Shown here one piece after another: positions 17,081-24,889 of a DNA stretch of 30,830 nucleotides; the stretch's first letter is position 1; the number at the start of each line of letters is the position of its first letter. Source of the DNA: a virus. Taxonomy: Duplodnaviria > Caudoviricetes. The stretch is from positions 1 to 30,830 of IMG/VR virus record IMGVR_UViG_3300037247_000086; one strand, written 5' to 3'. Both the position numbers and the translations under genes were made by a program. Below the pieces are notes generated by a model. It was not told the origin of the DNA. It made no database searches and saw only the letters and a program-made list of their open reading frames with translations.

Positions 17081-18346
17081 TTATGGTATGTCTGGGTCTG
17101 CGGCAATAAGCTGATTGTAATAAGCTCTTTGCCCCGCTTCCGTATCAAGGTCAAGTTTTGTTCCTGGCTTGATAGGGCTGCGCTTGCTGCCCGGACTCCG
17201 GTCTTGTAACTGTTCGCGCCTTCTGCTTTCCAGCTTTGTAACCTTTGGGTCGGCCTTCTGTTCTGCTTCGGAAATAACAACACCCAAATCAGTTTTGAAT
17301 CGGGTCAAGATAGTGTCACGTTGGAAATCAGCGATTGTCCTGACATCCACATCTGGATTAATCCCCTCACCTTCAGCCCATCCACGGAACAGCGGAGAAT
17401 GCTGTGCTTGCTGTAGGCTGTGGAAGTCTTCTGGCTTCTGGGGTGGTTTCCAGTCTGGGTTGTCGCGGGTGAACGCATCCAATAACGCAATGTTATCGGC
17501 AGCATACGCGCTGTTAATCAACTTAACTGTATCTTGTGATTGCTTGCCTAGCCACTCATTTAGTTCAGGTGAAAAACGTCTTTCGCCCCAATCTGAATAA
17601 GCGGTTGCCAAGTGTTGTATTTCTTCCTGTTTATCAGGGCCAACTATGGTTTCTTGCTGTACAGCAGGAGTCGCAGTCTCAAGAACTTCGGCTACACCAT
17701 CCAATGAATCTTTAAAAAGTTTCTTTAGTTTGGTTGCTTCTTCTGGAAACTCTGAAAACTCCTTATCTATCTTTTCGTTGTGATCCTTAATTATGTCCTC
17801 AACGTTAACGCTTGGTCGCATTTTCTCAGCGGCTTCCCTGAGTGTCCTGTTCTCTCTGGTCAATCGGGTTATCGCTCGCTGTGCAGGCTGCAACTGGCCT
17901 AAATGTGAGTCAACTCTTTGGTTTGAACGGGCGAGCACTTCACTCGACCTTTCAATAAATTTATCCGCCTTTGTCCTGTCTTCTTCGGACAAGGTATCCA
18001 GCCACTCCAAACCCGTTGGTTTCTTTTCTTCTTTGGCTACGGGCTTGCCGTCTTTGTCTAATTCTTCCTCGACAACCGGCTTGCCGTCTTCGTCAAGTTC
18101 CTGCTCAACAACAGGTTTACCATCTTCACCAAGTTCTTGCTCGACGGGCTTTTCGTCCTTCTCTTCCTCTTCAATCTCAACAACAGGCTCAGCCTTAACC
18201 TCTACCTCAAGGTCAGGGTCAGCTTCAACCGCTTGGTCGTACATCGCCCGTTCAATCTCTTCAACGGACTTGCCTTCCATATCGGTTCCTTCCGTACCGG
18301 GAACGATTACGGCTTCTTCTTCAACAATCTGTTCTGTCTGGCTCAT
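17081..18346 (-). CDS. Putative capsid scaffolding protein, 421 aa
   Basis: Very acidic disordered N-terminus, coiled-coil middle, located between portal and capsid genes. Confidence 0.72.
   Translation of the reverse strand: MSQTEQIVEEEAVIVPGTEGTDMEGKSVEEIERAMYDQAVEADPDLEVEVKAEPVVEIEEEEKDEKPVEQELGEDGKPVVEQELDEDGKPVVEEELDKDGKPVAKEEKKPTGLEWLDTLSEEDRTKADKFIERSSEVLARSNQRVDSHLGQLQPAQRAITRLTRENRTLREAAEKMRPSVNVEDIIKDHNEKIDKEFSEFPEEATKLKKLFKDSLDGVAEVLETATPAVQQETIVGPDKQEEIQHLATAYSDWGERRFSPELNEWLGKQSQDTVKLINSAYAADNIALLDAFTRDNPDWKPPQKPEDFHSLQQAQHSPLFRGWAEGEGINPDVDVRTIADFQRDTILTRFKTDLGVVISEAEQKADPKVTKLESRRREQLQDRSPGSKRSPIKPGTKLDLDTEAGQRAYYNQLIAADPDIP
18039..18150 (-). repeat. Three tandem 12-aa (36-nt) repeats, KPVVE(Q/E)EL(D/G)(E/K)DG
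   Basis: KPV-EQELGEDG KPVVEQELDEDG KPVVEEELDKDG KPV within the scaffold. Confidence 0.85.
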
Positions 18347-18357
18347 TTAAATCTCCA

Positions 18358-18633
18358 TCAAGTGTTGTCGGTGTTGAGATTGGGTATACCAAAATCATCA
18401 CCGGTTACAGGTGTGCGGTTGCGCTCCTGCTTGATAAGTTTGGGCAGTCTTAACAGTTCCTTTAACCTGATAATGTCGCCAAGTGCTAAATCTAATTCAC
18501 GCTGTTCAAGCTTCTTGTCCTCGCGGATTTCTCTCATTCGCCCCAATTCAAAATTAGCCCACGCTTCAACTGACTGCCATGCGGGATTGCCGGGTTCGAT
18601 AACCGCTAAATCTTGTAGTTTGAATTTAGCCAT
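18358..18633 (-). CDS. Small hypothetical protein between portal and scaffold (~91 aa)
   Basis: ATG 18633 overlaps the portal 3' end. A small helical gene at this position is typical of these podoviruses. Confidence 0.65.
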   Translation of the reverse strand: MAKFKLQDLAVIEPGNPAWQSVEAWANFELGRMREIREDKKLEQRELDLALGDIIRLKELLRLPKLIKQERNRTPVTGDDFGIPNLNTDNT

Positions 18634-20941
18634 GAGAGTCAAAACCCATTTCCATGTTCTTGCGCGTCTGTGCGAGTTTCTCTGCTTCCAGGCTTGCCAT
18701 GTAACCCTTCGTCAGTTCTTCACGGCGTTCCTTTAACCGCCCCAAAAGAAGCTTCGTTTCATTTGCGCGGTTGCCAAGTTCAAACTTGGATTGAATGTCT
18801 GACAGCTTAATGTCTCCGGACTTGGCCGCTTCAATGGCGCTGCCCTGTAGTTTCATGTCCTGAACTTTGAGTTCAACTTCCATGCGGTCATAAGACAACT
18901 GAGTTTCCGTGTACTCTTTCTCACTCATGCCGCCATCGCCTTCACCCTTGCCATTTGCTCTGGACATAAGCTCGGCTGCCTCTGCCTTCAACTTATTAAG
19001 CTCGGCCATTTCTTTCTCGCTCGGCTTCTGGGCATCCTTCATTTCTTCTTCGGATTTCATCAGGTCATCAGCGTCAACCTCTGCTGCCTTCAGGATGCTC
19101 TTTAACAGTTTGTCGTCCTTCATGTACGGTGCAAAGCGGTCATTGGTGGTCATGTCAGCAATCATTATCAAGTTCTGGGTCTGCATGTCCTTCACAACCA
19201 ACTTGGTTGCGCCCATTGGCTTAATCGTCATGTCGCCCTTGGCTTCATCATCGTCAAGGTAAATCATGTTGTAATCGTACAAAGCTGATATTGACGGCTC
19301 GATAATCTCATCGTCGTAGGACTGGGCAATACGGCGCTGAATAACGTTCTGTGTATTTATTAACATCGCCACCGACTTGAGCGCCATCTTAGTCTCTGCT
19401 TCTGTGGGCGCTCCCTGTGCAAGTTGCGTCCAAGACAGTTCTTCGTCGGCGTTCTGCCTTGCGCGCTCATGGACTGCGGTCAGTGCATCAATTCGGGTAT
19501 CAATCTGGAACATCTGGAATGCGTCATTAACTTTCTTTTCAGGGTCGGTCAAGTACCACTGTTTCATGCCACCAGCTATTTCTTCAGAACCATCAGCAGG
19601 CTCTACAGCGCCCTTATCGCGCACCAACATCGGCCCAGCACTCAGGGCAGCGTTGTGTAGAATCATGTGCCATGTGGACTGTATAACGCGGTCTGAGTCG
19701 CGCATGAAGTAAGGTACACCATAGCCAAATACGGTGGTTTCTGATTCTTCGTAGTTCCAGACGTAATACGGTAGTCGGTACGCGCCTTCAAGGGCATGTC
19801 GTTTAATCTTCAGCAGGCGGGTATTGCAGAACCAAGCTTCGATAATCGGGTCAACAATATCCAGTTCATCGTCAACATCAACGCCAAGATTCTCCATGTC
19901 CTCGCGGTTTAACGATCCGGTGTACTTCCATACTGAATAGCGGTTATCGGTCGGCATGGTTTCGCCGGTTACATTCGCACGCTGAATCAATGAACTCGAA
20001 TACTCTCCGCTATGGTTAGGTTGTTCCTTCAAGACCTCCGCAATCATTTCGTGGTCAAATCCAGGCAGAAGCCTTAATTCCTGAATCTCGCGCCGGTTCA
20101 TCAACTGGTCAATGAATACCCCTTCACACCTAGAGATATGTTCTGCCGGTAATGGATAGAAGCTCCACGGGTCAATGCACTTGAACTCAGGCATTGGCTC
20201 TTCTTCCATCTGGACAACCCACTGACCATCAGGTAGACGGTGACGGGCTTTCTTGTATGAGCCTGCAACCACCGGCCCCTCAAGTACGCCAGTGCCAATC
20301 TTGCAGCCATCCATGATGACTTTGCGCTGTTCGGAGTTATACCGGCTTTCAGTAAGTTGGTCATCCATGTGAGTACGCATATGGTCTGCGCGTTTCTCTG
20401 CGTCCTCAATCTCCTGCTTTGCCAAGTCAGCCTTGGTTACCGGTCGCATTTGGGGCATAGGCGGCTGTGGTCGTGTCTGTGGTGCGCCTTGCACTACTTC
20501 AGGATTCTGTTCCGGCCCCGGTTGCTGGCTCTCATCTGGAACCATCGCTATCTGACCGGTGCTCGGGTCAGTGACGTATGAATTGTCATCCATCATCTTG
20601 ACCATGCTCGGAACCGGCGTGCTGGAAATATCCCAACTGCGCTCATTGCTCGGAACCAGCATATTGATAATGCGTGCTGCAATGGAGAGTGTTCGGGTTC
20701 GGGTCAGGTGAACAACCGGTGGAGAACGGCGTACTGCGCTTCGATAGTCGGTATCACCTTTGGATATTCGGTCAAGGGTATTGCCCTCGAACTGCTGTAG
20801 GTCACGCAACCATCTGGACTCTACTTCTGACCTGTCGCTTACTGCTGTGTCCCGCTTGCCCTCAAGTACCTGTACTATCTCGGTAATGGGCGCATCCTGC
20901 TTGGACATTTCCAGCCCTTGCTTGTGCTCGTACAAGTCCAT
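18626..20941 (-). CDS. Portal protein, 771 aa
   Basis: Size and position; motifs DGCKIGTGVLEGP, IDPWSFYP and FGYGVPYFMRD; long C-terminal coiled coil (barrel). Confidence 0.88.
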   Translation of the reverse strand: MDLYEHKQGLEMSKQDAPITEIVQVLEGKRDTAVSDRSEVESRWLRDLQQFEGNTLDRISKGDTDYRSAVRRSPPVVHLTRTRTLSIAARIINMLVPSNERSWDISSTPVPSMVKMMDDNSYVTDPSTGQIAMVPDESQQPGPEQNPEVVQGAPQTRPQPPMPQMRPVTKADLAKQEIEDAEKRADHMRTHMDDQLTESRYNSEQRKVIMDGCKIGTGVLEGPVVAGSYKKARHRLPDGQWVVQMEEEPMPEFKCIDPWSFYPLPAEHISRCEGVFIDQLMNRREIQELRLLPGFDHEMIAEVLKEQPNHSGEYSSSLIQRANVTGETMPTDNRYSVWKYTGSLNREDMENLGVDVDDELDIVDPIIEAWFCNTRLLKIKRHALEGAYRLPYYVWNYEESETTVFGYGVPYFMRDSDRVIQSTWHMILHNAALSAGPMLVRDKGAVEPADGSEEIAGGMKQWYLTDPEKKVNDAFQMFQIDTRIDALTAVHERARQNADEELSWTQLAQGAPTEAETKMALKSVAMLINTQNVIQRRIAQSYDDEIIEPSISALYDYNMIYLDDDEAKGDMTIKPMGATKLVVKDMQTQNLIMIADMTTNDRFAPYMKDDKLLKSILKAAEVDADDLMKSEEEMKDAQKPSEKEMAELNKLKAEAAELMSRANGKGEGDGGMSEKEYTETQLSYDRMEVELKVQDMKLQGSAIEAAKSGDIKLSDIQSKFELGNRANETKLLLGRLKERREELTKGYMASLEAEKLAQTRKNMEMGFDSHG

Positions 20942-21095
20942 TTTCTATGATTGCTCCACGGGTTGTCCCTAATATATCACGCGGGTGGGAGATTTCCTAC
21001 CCGGATAGTAAATACCCACACTTTAGACAGGCTTTCGCCTACCCGTAGGTATAGTTATTTGAGAGTTATTCTACTAAATGAGAATTACTGTAGAT

Positions 21096-21278
21096 TAAGC
21101 GGGGCAGGCCAGCATATATTCGGCAATGAACAACTGACATTGAACCGCAAAGACGCGCCCTTTTGATTTAAGGGTATGACCTGCCTTATTTAGCTGCCCC
21201 GCTTAGAAGTGCTGGCTTGCGGGAGAATGGTTAACAACTCCACTTGCGAGACCTTAAGACTCGCTACAAAACCAGCAC
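21096..21278. ncRNA. Candidate structured RNA elements: two adjacent multibranch folds
   Basis: Perfect 12-bp inverted repeat 21096-21107/21194-21205 enclosing two hairpins, then a 7-bp stem 21209-21215/21272-21278 enclosing two hairpins, all in a 383-nt gap with no convincing ORF. Confidence 0.45.
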
Positions 21279-21324
21279 ATCTAAACAGTCGGGGTTGCTG
21301 GCAGGCGTATCTTGTATCCGAACC

Positions 21325-21690
21325 TCAGTTCCAGCCTTTAATCGGAACCCCAATTTTAACCTTCTTGCCGACTAAATCGTGACCGTACTTGATATTATGC
21401 TCTAATTGCTTGGTCCTTGACATCCCTAAGCTCGGATTGTGTGACCATAGGCCATTTTCGTTCCACGAGCCTAAAGGACAAATGCCAGGTACTTCCTTCT
21501 GTGCGTCTGGATGAAACGCCCCATGAAACTGCGGATAATTCCTTGTTATCTCGCATGTGTCTTCTTTTTCATCGCCACAAAAACAACATTGGGAATAAAT
21601 GGTTAGCGTTTTCTTTGTCCTGCTAGACGCGACATCATGCCAACAACAAGTAGGGTCAGCGCCTTTCTTGCCCTTGCAACTCACGACCAT
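21325..21690 (-). CDS. Hypothetical Cys-rich protein, 121 aa
   Basis: Overlaps the upstream gene end; CCWH...CCFCG is a possible metal site. Confidence 0.55.
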   Translation of the reverse strand: MVVSCKGKKGADPTCCWHDVASSRTKKTLTIYSQCCFCGDEKEDTCEITRNYPQFHGAFHPDAQKEVPGICPLGSWNENGLWSHNPSLGMSRTKQLEHNIKYGHDLVGKKVKIGVPIKGWN

Positions 21691-22025
21691 CTACCCTGTG
21701 GCGGCATTAGGTTTGTCTTGTTGTAGAAGCGTTCAGGCTTATATGCCCTTCCTGCTCGGTTTGGAATCTTTAACAGGTCAGCGGCAAAGTCTGGATGTCC
21801 GTATGCGTAATACACATCGGTTCCTTTTGAAAGCTCTCGCCACACAAGCTTATCCGTAATCCTCCGAATGTCCTCAGCGGTCAGGAGCGGAGCCTCAATG
21901 AACTTAATGTCCTCAACCCTACCATAACTCATGCCTGCACGATTCGTCCCAAACAGCAAAGCAGTGGGAACCGCTACAGCCGCAGCACCTATGCCTACTT
22001 TCTTTAGGAACTCTCTGCGTTTCAT
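21681..22025 (-). CDS. Twin-arginine-signal protein carrying capsid-like and terminase-Walker-A-like segments, 114 aa
   Basis: MKRREFLKK plus a hydrophobic stretch (Tat consensus RRxFLK). Three segments align by eye to the major capsid of this window. Confidence 0.75.
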   Translation of the reverse strand: MKRREFLKKVGIGAAAVAVPTALLFGTNRAGMSYGRVEDIKFIEAPLLTAEDIRRITDKLVWRELSKGTDVYYAYGHPDFAADLLKIPNRAGRAYKPERFYNKTNLMPPQGRWS

Positions 22026-22306
22026 AATTTAGCCACCCACTTTGAACACTCAACTACGATAGAATCTGTCCCTGCATAGTCGTTAACCGATAACGGTACA
22101 TCGCCCCATGTCTTAGCGTCCGGTGGATTCATCATGCGATTGATTCTTTCTGCCGCCTTGCGTTGCTGATTTTCAGCATCCACCAACATTGACAGACCTG
22201 ACGCGGTTCGCTCTGCTGGATGAATCACACCAGCCGCCACCGTCATAGGAATTGCGACTACCGCAGCGCCCATTGCTGTGTTCTTTATGAAGTCTCGACG
22301 TTTCAT
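22022..22306 (-). CDS. Twin-arginine-signal protein carrying portal-like segments, 94 aa
   Basis: MKRRDFIKN, hydrophobic stretch and VAA possible cleavage site; RTASGLSMLVDA motif; ATGA-type overlaps on both sides. Confidence 0.72.
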   Translation of the reverse strand: MKRRDFIKNTAMGAAVVAIPMTVAAGVIHPAERTASGLSMLVDAENQQRKAAERINRMMNPPDAKTWGDVPLSVNDYAGTDSIVVECSKWVAKL

Positions 22307-22770
22307 GATTTTAGTCTCACAGGGAAAGCACCGGTAATTATGCCCTTGTCAGGAAAACCGTAAGGCTTGCCGTCTTTGTCTAAGTATTTGGTGTTTGGTG
22401 GAACTGTCACTTTATACTTTCCGTGAGCGGGAGGCCCTATTCTTGCTATCTTGCTTCGCGGAATAAAGCTCCATCCATCACCACCTGAAACCCTAAAGCA
22501 TCCACTGCCGTCTTTTGTTATGTTGTCAGCCGCCTCCCAAATATAGTGAGGCTCTACCACCGCCACCCCTGACCAGTCTGTTTCCCCGTCCTCGCGCACA
22601 ACCGCAAACTGTTTCCCTATCCTTACGGGAGACTGAACGATGTCGCAAAGCTCTAGGCCGCTTTCGTCAGAGTATTTAACCACAAACGGCAACTCTACAA
22701 ACCCGTGTCTTATCTCGTATTCCGGAATCGGTTTATCATTAACTAAAAATTGCGTCTTTTTTGAAAACAT
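22303..22770 (-). CDS. Hypothetical protein (~155 aa)
   Basis: The track starts it at GTG 22779. ATG 22770, behind AAAGGTGAAGATT, is preferred. Confidence 0.6.
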   Translation of the reverse strand: MFSKKTQFLVNDKPIPEYEIRHGFVELPFVVKYSDESGLELCDIVQSPVRIGKQFAVVREDGETDWSGVAVVEPHYIWEAADNITKDGSGCFRVSGGDGWSFIPRSKIARIGPPAHGKYKVTVPPNTKYLDKDGKPYGFPDKGIITGAFPVRLKS

Positions 22771-22786
22771 AATCTTCACCTTTGCT

Positions 22787-23050
22787 TCACCAATAAAATG
22801 TACGTGGATTATAACTCTCTACCTGAATAAGCAACCTACTCTTTATCCAGTAATCCCTTATGTCTATCAACCAATACCATTTTCTTATGTGCTGTTTGAG
22901 TATGTAGATTGCTCGATTGCTGACCATGTACCAATCAGTATGCGTTGGCGTTATTGGGAGTTTGAATGGTGAAACTATTTGCAAGTCTTCGCAGAACCGC
23001 TTTTTGTCGCTTTCTGATACTTGGTCCCAGTTGATGTCCTGATTTGCCAT
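22787..23050 (-). CDS. Hypothetical Trp-rich protein, 87 aa
   Basis: ORF with an AAAGGCGAAGATT leader, co-oriented with its neighbours. Confidence 0.55.
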   Translation of the reverse strand: MANQDINWDQVSESDKKRFCEDLQIVSPFKLPITPTHTDWYMVSNRAIYILKQHIRKWYWLIDIRDYWIKSRLLIQVESYNPRTFYW

Positions 23051-23106
23051 AATCTTCGCCTTTCAATTAATCACTGTGAGTATACACCCAAATAGGGGGT
23101 TAGGTC

Positions 23107-23265
23107 TTATGTGTTAAAGCCGGTGAAGGTTTGGTGTGCGCCGGAAACCTTGCCGCAACCAGAACACTGGAATGCTACCCAGAGCCGACCGTCATCATCA
23201 TACTTGGTAACAACCCTGCCACCGTTCCAGCCGAACAGGTGGGCTATAAGGTGGATAATGCTCAT
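23107..23265 (-). CDS. Small CxxC protein, 52 aa (below the track cutoff)
   Basis: ATGA overlap with the terL stop; MSIIHLIAHLFGWNGGRVVTKYDDDGRLWVAFQCSGCGKVSGAHQTFTGFNT. Confidence 0.6.
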   Translation of the reverse strand: MSIIHLIAHLFGWNGGRVVTKYDDDGRLWVAFQCSGCGKVSGAHQTFTGFNT

Positions 23266-24716
23266 ATGCTATACCCATCACCAAACTTAGGAACCGATAC
23301 CCTGGATGACGAACGCTTGACCGGCTTGGTCTTGAATGTGGTCATGTTCGATAGCAGGTAGAGTGTTGCGTCCATCAGGTCATCGAAGCTCTTGTCAATC
23401 TTGCCTTCATTGCGGTGGTACGATTCGTATTCCTCGCGCCACATCTGTAGTGTATTAAAAACCTTTAAGTGTCCGGTTTCAACTCTTTGGCGCATTCGGT
23501 AGATATTTGATTCTTGGTCCTGCTTATTAGCCTTGATGAGCTTTAAACCCAAACCCTTGTAAATGTCTATCATCCGCTTGCCATCAGAGGCATTCGTTCC
23601 TGCGGTTTCGGAATTACCCCTAATCCACTTGCCTCGCATATCAATTGCCGAAGCATGGATAGCGGGAAGCTCCTCTTTCATCCGGTGCTCAGAATACAGG
23701 TAGACAATATCATTCTCTCTGTCCCACGCGCCCCACACAACCGCTGTAGGATGAGGACTCCACCCGAAATCCATTCCATACGCTCTGGGCCAGAAATCCG
23801 GTATCTTGAACGGCTTGCAACTTAGAACTTCATCAAAATCTGTAGTGAAGATAGCTCCACTCCCCATTTTAGGTATGCCCCATCTTCGGGCTTTCATTTC
23901 ATGTGCGGGAAACCGTCCTTTGTAAATCTCAATCTTTTCAGGCGTGATATGCGGTACGTTATCCCATGTCAATACACCCTTGTAAACCGAAGGGTCTTGC
24001 CCATTCGCCCGTTTCGTCAGGTCGAGTGTAAGCTCGGTCTGTCCCTTCATTGGGGTATAGGTATTAAACACTACACCCATGTAGTCAAATACGCGCTGTA
24101 CGTTCTCACGATGGATGTCTATGGGTGCCTCTTCGTCTTCCCAAACGTAATGTCGCTTGGTTGCTTCAAATGCGGTCCTGCCTGAATCATACGACTTCAG
24201 GTTGATAATTGAGTTATCACCGGATACGTGCTTGACCATCAGCGTGTCATATAGGTTCGGCGTACCCATAGCTTTCTTGCACTCACCAATAATTAGCCTG
24301 TCTCTAGGGATTAAGCCGGTTCCCATTTCGCGCTCAGGAAAGCCTATCAGTTTAATTTGAACAGAGTCACGTACCGTCTTGCCGTCCTTGCCTGCTACAA
24401 CGCCCGAAGTAGCCCCATCGAACCGCCTACCCTCCCACCAACTCGGATAATCCCCGGTGGCGAAAAGTGCCGCAAGATAAGCACCCGCCTCAGTTTTGCC
24501 CGTTCGATTGCCGCCCAAAATGAAACTTTCCATGAAGGTTTTTGTGGAATTGAAGAAGTTGACAGTCTCACCATACAGGTCACGTCTTAACGGCCCATCA
24601 TCAGGAAACAGGAAGTCTATTCGCCTGAACTTCATACGCTCAAGCATTTCAATCTTCTGCTGTGCCTGCGCTTGGTAGAGTTCTTCCAGATACTTTGGGT
24701 CTGTCTTTTTTGTCAT
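23262..24716 (-). CDS. terL: Terminase large subunit, 484 aa
   Basis: Walker A GGNRTGKT, Walker B YVWEDEE, motif III TYTP, nuclease GMDFG...HPTA and DDLMDATLY. Confidence 0.95.
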   Translation of the reverse strand: MTKKTDPKYLEELYQAQAQQKIEMLERMKFRRIDFLFPDDGPLRRDLYGETVNFFNSTKTFMESFILGGNRTGKTEAGAYLAALFATGDYPSWWEGRRFDGATSGVVAGKDGKTVRDSVQIKLIGFPEREMGTGLIPRDRLIIGECKKAMGTPNLYDTLMVKHVSGDNSIINLKSYDSGRTAFEATKRHYVWEDEEAPIDIHRENVQRVFDYMGVVFNTYTPMKGQTELTLDLTKRANGQDPSVYKGVLTWDNVPHITPEKIEIYKGRFPAHEMKARRWGIPKMGSGAIFTTDFDEVLSCKPFKIPDFWPRAYGMDFGWSPHPTAVVWGAWDRENDIVYLYSEHRMKEELPAIHASAIDMRGKWIRGNSETAGTNASDGKRMIDIYKGLGLKLIKANKQDQESNIYRMRQRVETGHLKVFNTLQMWREEYESYHRNEGKIDKSFDDLMDATLYLLSNMTTFKTKPVKRSSSRVSVPKFGDGYSI

Positions 24717-24889
24717 CTAGGTTGCAGTCTGAATGCCTCAGAGATATACCGCCCCCGTGAGCATTTAATAGTCTCATTAATTTCTTTAAGCAATAACACG
24801 TACTCTGGGTTACATGCTGTTAATGGCAGCTTTCCATTTGCCATTGCATTACTTTTCAGCAAGAGTAAATATTCTGAAACGCTACTCAC
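24713..24889 (-). CDS. Hypothetical protein (~58 aa)
   Basis: GTG 24889 overlaps the upstream TGA; the 3' end overlaps the terL start. Confidence 0.4.
   Translation of the reverse strand: MSSVSEYLLLLKSNAMANGKLPLTACNPEYVLLLKEINETIKCSRGRYISEAFRLQPR

Noticed and set aside
8748-18150. CRISPR-like or DGR-like repeats
   Set aside because: The 33-, 36- and ~150-nt repeats are degenerate in-frame coding repeats without unique spacers. No cas or reverse transcriptase gene and no adenine-specific template/variable pair was seen.
7656-20972. Plus-strand and alternative-frame ORFs overlapping structural genes (e.g. 17793..18350, 18137..18736)
   Set aside because: Antisense or out-of-frame to well-supported genes, with Ser/Leu-rich mirror composition and no motifs.
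20951-21166. 71-aa plus-strand ORF in the portal upstream gap
   Set aside because: TTG start, no RBS, no motif; the region is better explained by inverted-repeat structure.
21209-21278. Purine riboswitch, hammerhead ribozyme or tRNA identity for the three-way junction
   Set aside because: It lacks the conserved junction nucleotides, the CUGAUGA/GAAA core and the TTCGA T-loop.
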